64,000 nucleotides of DNA from Terriglobia bacterium (GTDB lineage Bacteria; Acidobacteriota; Terriglobia; 20CM-2-55-15): positions 2,780 through 66,779 of the forward strand of contig CBDCFM010000004.1 of assembly GCA_965216035.1 (NCBI GenBank), in the 5' to 3' direction. Of this stretch, positions 1 to 7,793 are shown one piece after another. The notes under the pieces are model-generated. The model searched no databases, was not told the DNA's origin, and worked only from the letters and a program-made list of their open reading frames with translations. Each line of letters begins with the position of its first letter. Within the stretch, counting starts at the first letter, position 1. A program made the position numbers and the translations under genes.

Positions 1-1025
1 GGATCGGAAATCCGAATCCCAAGCATCTGGTACCCCCCACAGATTCCAAGCACGACCGAGCCCGAAGCGAGCGCATCGCGGATGAATCGCTCGAACCCTG
101 TCCTGCGGATCCATTCCAGGTCTCGAATCGTATTCTTGCTGCCGGGAATAATCAACAGGTGTGGAGAGGGCCCGGTGGGGGTCTTGAGATATTCGACCCC
201 AAGCCCCTCGAAATGTTCCAGGGGGTTGAAATCGGTGTAGTTGGAAATGTGTGGCAGATGGATCACACCCACACGGAATTCGGCCGGGGTGTCGGATCGT
301 TCCTCAAGGGAAACTCCGTCTTCCTGGTCGATGCCGAGCGCATCGAGGTAGGGCAGGACGCCCAGGCACTGACGGCCTGTCCTTTGTTCCAGAAAATCAA
401 CGCCGTCGTCGAACAATGCGGGGTCCCCCCTGAAGCGATTGATGATGAATCCACGAACGATCTCTGCCTCGGCGGGTTGGAGCAAGTCGAAGGTCCCGAC
501 GATGGAGGCGAAAACGCCACCGCGGTCGATGTCGGCAACGAGAACGGCCGGGGCCCCAACCGCTCTCGCGAACTCCAGATTGACGATATCCCGATCACGG
601 AGGTTGACCTCGGCGGCGCTGCCGGCGCCTTCCAGAATGATGGCGTCGAACCGGCTGGCCAACCTCTGGTACGCCTCTAGAGCCTGTTCGAAAAAGAATG
701 AGCGCTGAGCCGAATACTCGTCTCCGGTCATCGTCCCGTAAACGGATCCGTTCAGAACAACCTGGACTTTACCGCCCGCGGACGGCTTCAGCAGGATCGG
801 GTTCATTTCCGGCTCCGGCTCCAGTCGCGCAGCCTCTGCCTGAACGACCTGGGCGCGACCGATCTCCGCTCCATTCCCGCAAACAAACGAGTTCAGGGCA
901 ATGTTCTGGGACTTGAACGGGGCGACTCGAACGCCACGATCCCGTAAAACCCGGCACAGGCCGGTTACCATGACGCTCTTTCCGACATGGGAAGCCGTAC
1001 CGATGATCATCAGTGATCGGGCCAT
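1..1025 (-). CDS. cobQ: cobyric acid synthase (runs off the window start)
   Basis: Own translation of the minus strand: MARSLMIIGTASHVGKS...APFKSQN...EMNPILLKP...EGAGSAAEVNL...DIDRGGVFA...IIPGSKNT...LGICGGYQMLG; not in the ORF track because it has no stop in the window. Confidence 0.93.
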   Translation of the reverse strand, partial: MARSLMIIGTASHVGKSVMVTGLCRVLRDRGVRVAPFKSQNIALNSFVCGNGAEIGRAQVVQAEAARLEPEPEMNPILLKPSAGGKVQVVLNGSVYGTMTGDEYSAQRSFFFEQALEAYQRLASRFDAIILEGAGSAAEVNLRDRDIVNLEFARAVGAPAVLVADIDRGGVFASIVGTFDLLQPAEAEIVRGFIINRFRGDPALFDDGVDFLEQRTGRQCLGVLPYLDALGIDQEDGVSLEERSDTPAEFRVGVIHLPHISNYTDFNPLEHFEGLGVEYLKTPTGPSPHLLIIPGSKNTIRDLEWIRRTGFERFIRDALASGSVVLGICGGYQMLGIRISD

Positions 1026-1138
1026 GCCCATCAGCATATCCCACCCCCTCGGTCGAACTGCATGGATACTTCGCGTCGGGCGATAGGGCGCCGATTGCCG
1101 TTTGACCCCGGCGAAGCCAGCCGATAGAATCCGCCTCT

Positions 1139-2302
1139 ATGACAGAGCGGTCGGACTTATGGGTGTTTCGTCTGTCCCTTGCCTCGGTTTCGGCCGTACT
1201 GGTCTCGATCGCAGCGGCCCAGATTCTCCTGGGGCTGACACTGGTCACATGGATGATCTGGCGGCCCAGTCGAATCAACTGGCCCGGATATCTCGTCCCT
1301 CTCGTGGCGTTCATGCTGACCACGCTGCTTTCGTTGGCCATGTCACCAGATCCGGGGATGGGGACCAAGCCCGTGCAAAAGTTCGTCCTGTTCAGCATGG
1401 GGTTGATGGCAGCAACGTTTCTGACCAACAGACGACGCATTCTGCTGACGATGACCGCCATGCTCGTCGTTGCCACCGTCGCCTCCATCGCGGCTATGAT
1501 TCAGTTCGGCTTCCAGTATGTGGAATTCCTTTCCTCAGGGGATCTGGCGGACGACCCGACGATCCTGGCTCGAATCACGGGTTTCATGGGCCACTGGATG
1601 ACCTTCAGCGGTGAACAGATGCTGGTTTGGTGCGCCGCAGTGCCGCTGGCCTTCACGATCGGATCGCGCAAGTATATGATACCGCTAACTTTAATAGGCA
1701 TTGGCCTGCTCTTGAGCTTCACCCGGGGGGTGTGGGTGGGATCCGCCGCCGGGATCGCCGTAGCTGCGCTCTACCTGCCCCGGCGGCAGCTTGTCCGGCT
1801 GCTGATTCCCGTCGGGATCGTTGCGGTACTGACTTCGGGCTTGATCCTCCGCCGTGTCTCTACGAATTTACTGGAGGACCCCCGGTTCGAAATGGCGGAT
1901 GTCGGACTGCGCATGATCGGCGACCATCCACTATTCGGCGTCGGGCCCGAGCGCATCGAAACAGAGTTTCCCGGATACTACCGGGGGGACAACCTGGAAA
2001 ATTTCTTTTACGGCCACCTTCACAACAACTACCTCCAGATTGCCGCCGAACGCGGATTGCTGTGTCTTGGGGCGTTCCTGTGGTTGTTGGTCAAAATGGG
2101 CCTCGATCTGAAACGCCGGGCCGGCTCGACCGATCCTTCGGTGAAGTGGGTGGCGGTCTCGGGACTGGCCGTCCTGGTCGCATTTGCGGTTGCCGGCCTT
2201 GGGGAATACAGCTTCGGGGATTCGGAGGTGTTGATGTTGTTCATGTTTCTCGTTTCAATTCCGTACGGGTTAGACAAGAAGGACGCGGATTACGCAGGTT
2301 AA
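1139..2302 (+). CDS. O-antigen ligase (Wzy_C/WaaL) family membrane protein
   Basis: Multi-TM protein with HPLFGVG and HLHNNYLQIAAERG motifs. Confidence 0.85.
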   Translation: MTERSDLWVFRLSLASVSAVLVSIAAAQILLGLTLVTWMIWRPSRINWPGYLVPLVAFMLTTLLSLAMSPDPGMGTKPVQKFVLFSMGLMAATFLTNRRRILLTMTAMLVVATVASIAAMIQFGFQYVEFLSSGDLADDPTILARITGFMGHWMTFSGEQMLVWCAAVPLAFTIGSRKYMIPLTLIGIGLLLSFTRGVWVGSAAGIAVAALYLPRRQLVRLLIPVGIVAVLTSGLILRRVSTNLLEDPRFEMADVGLRMIGDHPLFGVGPERIETEFPGYYRGDNLENFFYGHLHNNYLQIAAERGLLCLGAFLWLLVKMGLDLKRRAGSTDPSVKWVAVSGLAVLVAFAVAGLGEYSFGDSEVLMLFMFLVSIPYGLDKKDADYAG

Positions 2303-2343
2303 ACGGATTACGCAGATAGGAAAGAAGCCATGTTGGCCCTACT

Positions 2344-2526
2344 ATGACAAAACAAATCGACAAAGACTCAGTCAAGACAATGGCGGAGGCCGGGGATTGG
2401 AACATTTCCGATGACCGGGCCGGCGAGATCGCCCGTGTGTTCCAACCGCTCCTGGACGACACGCGGGCGCTTCGCGCGATGGAGTTGGGAGATTCGGTTC
2501 CGGGCGCGGTTTTCGAGGCCGACTGA
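2344..2526 (+). CDS. small GatC/AtzG-like amidase partner protein
   Basis: 60 aa, stop overlaps the amidase start (TGATG); acidic C-terminus PGAVF. Confidence 0.55.
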   Translation: MTKQIDKDSVKTMAEAGDWNISDDRAGEIARVFQPLLDDTRALRAMELGDSVPGAVFEAD

Positions 2527-3938
2527 TGCATAAAAATGATCTCGAAAAATTGACGCTGGCATCCGCGGCTCGGATGATCCGGGCCGGAGAGCTGTCGCCG
2601 GTGGAACTGACGCGGGCGGTTCTGGATCGAGTCGAATCCTTGAACGATCGGATGGCGATGTTCATCACGGTCACCGCCGATCACGCGATGGCTCGAGCCG
2701 AAGCCGCGGAGCGGGCTTTGAAGAACAAGGCTGATCTGGGCGCCCTGCACGGGGTTCCCATTTCGCTGAAGGACCTTTTCGACACAAAGGGTATTCGTAC
2801 CACCGCGGGGTCGCGGGTATTCGCTGACCGCTTTCCCGAAGAGAACTCGACGGTCACCCAACGGCTCGATGATGCCGGCGCCGTCCTCGTCGGCAAGACC
2901 AACCTGCACGAGTTTGCTTTCGGGGCGACGTCGGTCAACCCCCACTACGGAGCTGTGCGCAACCCATGGGATCCGGATCGAGTTGCAGGTGGCTCGAGCG
3001 GCGGTTCGGCGATTTCAGTGGCACTGTCGGCCGCTCTCGGTTCGATGGGCTCGGACACGGGGGGATCGATCCGCATACCGGCCGGTCTCACGGGAACGGT
3101 GGGTCTCAAGCCCACGTATGGACGGGTCAGCATCGCCGGAGTCGTTCCTCTGTCCTGGTCACTGGATCATGTCGGACCCATGACACGGACCGTGGAGGAT
3201 GCGGCCATCATGCTGGAGGCCATCGCGGGTCACGACCCCCGGGATTCATACTCGCGGAAGGTTCCGGTACCAGCCTATTCCCAGGAACTCGAAGGAGGGA
3301 TCCGGGGTTTGCGACTCGGGTTGCCGAAGACCACTTTCTTCGACAGGCTGGACCCGGAAATCGATAGCGCCGTTCAGACAGCTATACGACGAATGGAGGG
3401 GATGGGCGCAAGCGTCGTGGAGGTCGACATACCAAATGCCGAACTGCAGCGGCCGATCTTCGCAAACATTGCGGCTCCGGAGGCATTTTCTTTTCACCAG
3501 CAATATCTCGACAGCAGTCCGGAATTGTATGGACAGGACATTCGGGCACGAATGGAGGCGGGCAGGCTCCTGCTGTCGGTCGATTTCGTCCGCGCGCAAC
3601 GGGCACGGTCGATTCTCAAAAGCGATCTCCAGGCGGTCTTCGAGGAGGTGGATTTGCTGGTCACACCGACCCTCCCCATACCCGCACCGTTAATCGATCA
3701 GAAAGTGGTCGAATGGGGCGGGGAAACCGAAACTGTCCTTGGCGCCCTGACCCGGAACACGCGCCTGTTCAACATCACCGGCCTTCCGGCCATCACGGTT
3801 CCCTGCGGGTTTACGTCGAACGATTTGCCGATCGGACTACAAATTGCCGGCAGGGCTTTCGAAGAAGCGACCGTCCTGCGGGCGGCCCACACCTACGAGC
3901 AGGATGCGGGTTGGTTCGAAAGACGGCCGGATCTCTAG
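2526..3938 (+). CDS. amidase signature family protein (GatA-like)
   Basis: GVPISLKDLF, GKTNLHEFA, GGSSGGS, GSDTGGSIRIP. Confidence 0.92.
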   Translation: MHKNDLEKLTLASAARMIRAGELSPVELTRAVLDRVESLNDRMAMFITVTADHAMARAEAAERALKNKADLGALHGVPISLKDLFDTKGIRTTAGSRVFADRFPEENSTVTQRLDDAGAVLVGKTNLHEFAFGATSVNPHYGAVRNPWDPDRVAGGSSGGSAISVALSAALGSMGSDTGGSIRIPAGLTGTVGLKPTYGRVSIAGVVPLSWSLDHVGPMTRTVEDAAIMLEAIAGHDPRDSYSRKVPVPAYSQELEGGIRGLRLGLPKTTFFDRLDPEIDSAVQTAIRRMEGMGASVVEVDIPNAELQRPIFANIAAPEAFSFHQQYLDSSPELYGQDIRARMEAGRLLLSVDFVRAQRARSILKSDLQAVFEEVDLLVTPTLPIPAPLIDQKVVEWGGETETVLGALTRNTRLFNITGLPAITVPCGFTSNDLPIGLQIAGRAFEEATVLRAAHTYEQDAGWFERRPDL

Positions 3939-3940
3939 CT

Positions 3941-4132
3941 CTAGTGGTCCCCGCCAGAGATAACGTTACTATCTCCGAAGGAGGTTGCGAGCGGACTGAT
4001 GAGTGAGATCCACCGCGTGGTATGTGTGACTTTCGACCGTTTTGAGCGTTCGTGAGGGCAACCTCCATCGGCCCTACGGGTTCGGGCGGAACTCCGAAAT
4101 CTAGTAACGCTAACTCTGGCGGGGACCACTAG
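3941..4132. mobile_element. MITE family A, short copy (IS630-type ends)
   Basis: Terminal inverted repeats CTAGTGGTCCCCGCCAGAG...CTCTGGCGGGGACCACTAG; near-identical inverted copy at 36025-36298. Confidence 0.85.
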
Positions 4133-4218
4133 CTGCTATAGCTATCGCCGGCTGGCTCTATCCAGTACGACCGAGGACGACTACTCTGCCTCTACGCGCA
4201 ATGCTATGATCACCGCCT

Positions 4219-5736
4219 ATGTTTGGTAAGGTTCTCATCGCCAACCGGGGAGAAATTGCGGTGCGTATCATCCGCGCCTCGAGAGAACTGGGTATTTCGA
4301 CCGTCGCGGTTTATTCCGAAGCCGACGTAGGTTCACTCCACACCCGAATGGCGGACGAAGCTTTTCCGATCGGCCCGGCGCCGTCAACGGAAAGCTATCT
4401 TGTTATCGACAAACTCCTCGACGCCGCACGCCGTTCGGGTGCCGACGCCATCCACCCGGGTTACGGGTTCCTCGCCGAGAACCCGGACCTGGCCCTGGCT
4501 TGCGAAGACGCCGGAATCACCTTCATCGGCCCGTCACCGAAATCCATCGCTCTGATGGGCTCCAAGGTTGAAGCACGACGCGCGGTTTCCGGCTACGGCG
4601 TGCCGATGATACCGGGAACGATGGACCCGGTCATCAGCGCCGAAGCTCTCCAGGTCGCCGCGGGGATCGGCTTCCCGCTCATGCTCAAAGCCTCGGCGGG
4701 CGGTGGCGGCAAGGGGTTGCGCTTTGTCGAATCTGCCGACGAGATGGAAGGCGCGTTGAGGAACACGAGGGCGGAAGCTCTGGCGGCTTTTGGAGACGAC
4801 ACCGTCTACATTGAAAAATTCCTGGATCGCCCCCGCCACGTGGAGATTCAGATTCTCGCTGATCAGCATGGTCATGCCATTCACCTGGGCGAACGGGAAT
4901 GCACGATCCAGCGACGCCACCAGAAAGTCATCGAAGAATCGCCTTCTCCGATCATGGACCCGGAGCTTCGGGAAAGGATGGGAGAGTCGGCCCTCAAAGT
5001 GGTTCGGGCCGCAGATTACTACAACGCCGGCACCGTCGAGTTTCTCGTCGACCAGGATCGAAACTTCTATTTTCTCGAAATGAATACACGGCTGCAGGTC
5101 GAACACCCGATCACCGAAGCCGTCACCGGCATTGATGTCGTGAAGCAGCAGTTCTATATCGCCGCAGGCGAGGAGCTCTCAATCAGGCAGGAAGATGTCG
5201 TCATGCGGGGCGCCGCGATCGAATGCCGCATCTACGCCGAAGACCCCGACAATAATTTTTTCCCTTCACCCGGCCGAATCTCGATGCTCCGCGTGCCGGG
5301 GGGGCCGGGCATCCGCGATGACAGTGGCGTCTATCCCGGCTGGACAGTACCGCTCGACTACGATCCGCTACTTTCGAAATTGATCGCCTGGGCCCCGACC
5401 AGAATCGAAGCGATCCGGCGGATGGAACGGGCTCTGGGCGAGTATGAAATCGGTGGAATCAAGAACAACCTGGGCTTGTTCCGGGAAATACTGCATCACC
5501 CCGAGTTCGTTGCCGGCAACTTCGACACAGGGTTCATCGACAGATGGCTCAAGGAACGCCAGGAAGCAGAACCCGGCGACCCTGTGTCGGACACGGAGAG
5601 AGATCACGCAATCCTTGTGGCCGCTTTGTTTCATTCACGCCGTAAGGAAACGGCCGTGAACGGCGCTCCGGGCCCCACCGCGAGCCCGTGGAAACTGGCG
5701 GGACGGCAACAACAACTTCGAAGAACGATGAAATGA
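4219..5736 (+). CDS. accC: acetyl/propionyl-CoA carboxylase biotin carboxylase subunit
   Basis: KVLIANRGEIA, HPGYGFLAEN, GGGGKG, ERECTIQRRHQK, FLEMNTRLQVEH. Confidence 0.93.
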   Translation: MFGKVLIANRGEIAVRIIRASRELGISTVAVYSEADVGSLHTRMADEAFPIGPAPSTESYLVIDKLLDAARRSGADAIHPGYGFLAENPDLALACEDAGITFIGPSPKSIALMGSKVEARRAVSGYGVPMIPGTMDPVISAEALQVAAGIGFPLMLKASAGGGGKGLRFVESADEMEGALRNTRAEALAAFGDDTVYIEKFLDRPRHVEIQILADQHGHAIHLGERECTIQRRHQKVIEESPSPIMDPELRERMGESALKVVRAADYYNAGTVEFLVDQDRNFYFLEMNTRLQVEHPITEAVTGIDVVKQQFYIAAGEELSIRQEDVVMRGAAIECRIYAEDPDNNFFPSPGRISMLRVPGGPGIRDDSGVYPGWTVPLDYDPLLSKLIAWAPTRIEAIRRMERALGEYEIGGIKNNLGLFREILHHPEFVAGNFDTGFIDRWLKERQEAEPGDPVSDTERDHAILVAALFHSRRKETAVNGAPGPTASPWKLAGRQQQLRRTMK

Positions 5737-6227
5737 AGTACACGGCGCTGATTGGAGGCCAGGAGATTCAGGTCGAGTTCGAAGGCACGCTACCGACGGT
5801 TCGGGCCCGAGTCGGCAAACGCGAATACGAGCTGAACCTACAGGAAGTAGAGCCTGGTGTTTTCTGGTTCAATTCCGAAGATCAGTCGATTGAAGCCACC
5901 GTCACCACAAACGGTGATGGTTATCAAGTTCGCATCGGGAATCGCCATCTGCACGTCGAACTCCTGGATGGACGCAGCGCTTTTCTCCGTTCGAGCCAGC
6001 CCGACCACGACGGAATCGCGGAACTGCGCTCGCCCATGCCTGGAAAAGTCTTCAGGATTCTAGTCGAACAGGGAGACACAGTCGAAGCAAACCAGGGCTT
6101 GCTGGTCATCGAAGCAATGAAGATGCAGAATGAAATGAAATCCCCAAAAAGAGGAACGATTCGAAAGCTTAGCGTGGAAGAGGGAATGATCGTCAACGCT
6201 GGAGACTTGCTGGTGGAGGTAGAATGA
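5733..6227 (+). CDS. biotin carboxyl carrier protein
   Basis: SPMPGKV...EAMKM biotinylation motif; ATGA overlap with accC. Confidence 0.9.
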   Translation: MKYTALIGGQEIQVEFEGTLPTVRARVGKREYELNLQEVEPGVFWFNSEDQSIEATVTTNGDGYQVRIGNRHLHVELLDGRSAFLRSSQPDHDGIAELRSPMPGKVFRILVEQGDTVEANQGLLVIEAMKMQNEMKSPKRGTIRKLSVEEGMIVNAGDLLVEVE

Positions 6228-6311
6228 AGAAGTGGTTAGTTGTTGGGAGCTTTTATGCGAGCCGGATTGCTCCGGTCTAACCACTAACCACTGACCACTA
6301 ACCACTTCTTC
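6226..6311. repeat. inverted repeat with heptamer (CTAACCA) tandem repeats between convergent genes
   Basis: GAAGAAGTGGTTAGT...ACTAACCACTTCTTC; four CTRACCA units in the right arm. Confidence 0.7.
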
Positions 6312-7341
6312 AGGAACTCCCCCCTGCCCTCGCCAGTATCCGCTCCGCCAGAAAATTACTGATGTCGGCCTTGTTCCTGGCTATTTCGAAGAAGGCTCCC
6401 TTCAGCGTCTGATCCTTCCGATTGAAGATCAGCTGCCGGATGTCGGCCTGCACCCGGGGGTCGGTGAGATCCTTTTGACCGCCGGCGTCCTGCTCCAGCA
6501 ACTTCAAGATGTGGTAACCGAACCGGGTTTCGACCACGCGCGGAAACGATTCACCGACTTTCATCTGAAGCACAGCGTCTGCCAGAGTGGGATCGATGCC
6601 ACCAATCGAATCGATCGGCTGAAAATTGAGGTCGCCTCCCAGAGGCGCCGAAGACGGATCTTCCGAAAAGCCACGCGCTACGGTGGCAAAGTCCGCTCCA
6701 CCCTGAATCTGTCTCAACAACCTCTGGGCCTTCTGGCTGGCCTCCTCCGGAGTTTTAGCATCGTCGCCCTCCGCATTGTTGATTTCCGTGTCCTCGACAG
6801 GAGTGACCAGAATGTGGGCGATCCGGAAAGTTTCGGGAAGGTTGAAGCTTTCCCTGTTCTTGTTGAAAAAGTCCTCGATCTCAACTTCGGACACGGAAAT
6901 CTTCGAGGTGATTTCCTTGTTGACCAGCTTTTCGATCGTCAAGTTCGTGCGCAATTGCTCTCGTAACTCGGATGTGGTCAGCTTCTGCTCGTCCAGCAAT
7001 TCCTGAAAGCGCTCCGCGGTATACTGACTCTTGAACTCGTTGAACTGGACATCGACTTCCGCGTCGCTGGCTGTCAGGGCCGCTTCGGCAGCCAGTTGCC
7101 GGAGGATCTCGTTGGTGATCAACTCGCCCAGGAGTTGCTGTTTGAGATCCTCGATCTCTTCAACTGCCGGGGACGGATCCGCACCCTCGACACGAGTCTC
7201 AAACTCTTTGTCGAGTTCGGCCACCGTTATGTCGACACCGTTCACCCTCGCAACAACGTCTGCTGACGCCGTCGAACTGGATGAACACGCCGAACCAACG
7301 GCAAGGACAGCAACTAACGCAACGACCGAAAATAGCTTCAA
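6310..7341 (-). CDS. SurA/PrsA-like parvulin peptidyl-prolyl isomerase, probable lipoprotein
   Basis: VVARVNG, AHILV, FSEDPSSAPLGGDL, TRFGYHIL; TTG start after GGGAG; signal ending GSAC. Confidence 0.88.
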   Translation of the reverse strand: MKLFSVVALVAVLAVGSACSSSSTASADVVARVNGVDITVAELDKEFETRVEGADPSPAVEEIEDLKQQLLGELITNEILRQLAAEAALTASDAEVDVQFNEFKSQYTAERFQELLDEQKLTTSELREQLRTNLTIEKLVNKEITSKISVSEVEIEDFFNKNRESFNLPETFRIAHILVTPVEDTEINNAEGDDAKTPEEASQKAQRLLRQIQGGADFATVARGFSEDPSSAPLGGDLNFQPIDSIGGIDPTLADAVLQMKVGESFPRVVETRFGYHILKLLEQDAGGQKDLTDPRVQADIRQLIFNRKDQTLKGAFFEIARNKADISNFLAERILARAGGSS

Positions 7342-7540
7342 TGGAATCGCTCCCTGGCGGACAGATTGATTGGCTATTCTAGCACTCGTACCTCGTCCTG
7401 GAAAAGCATTGTCGACGGCGCATTGAGCCAGAACCCCCGCCTCTGGTATAATTTGCAGGTAATACTCCGTGCGGTGGAATCCGCTGGGTATCCTGAACTT
7501 CGAATGGCGGCAAACCGACGACGAGGAGCGCAATAGGTCT

Positions 7541-7732
7541 ATGGCGAAACGATGCGAAATATGTGGGAAAGGCCCGATGTTTGGAAACCGGGTCAGCCAC
7601 GCTCACAACCTGACCAGGAGACGATGGAATCCGAATCTCCAGCGCGTCCGCGTTCTCGAGGGAAAAACACCAAAACGGATGAGGGTCTGCACGAGCTGCA
7701 TTCGGAGCGGGCGGATTTTGAAACCCGCTTGA
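7541..7732 (+). CDS. rpmB: 50S ribosomal protein L28 (Zn-ribbon form)
   Basis: [23 protein letters not shown]...WNPNLQRVR...VCTSCIRSG. Confidence 0.97.
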   Translation: MAKRCEICGKGPMFGNRVSHAHNLTRRRWNPNLQRVRVLEGKTPKRMRVCTSCIRSGRILKPA

Positions 7733-7761
7733 TCGACGCTGTCAGGTACAACGATGACCCT

Positions 7762-7787
7762 AAAGCCCTGTGTAAGCAGGGCTTTTC
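7762..7787 (+). terminator. rho-independent terminator after rpmB
   Basis: AAAGCCCTG-tgtaag-CAGGGCTTTT hairpin with T tail. Confidence 0.65.
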
Positions 7788-7793
7788 TATTGT

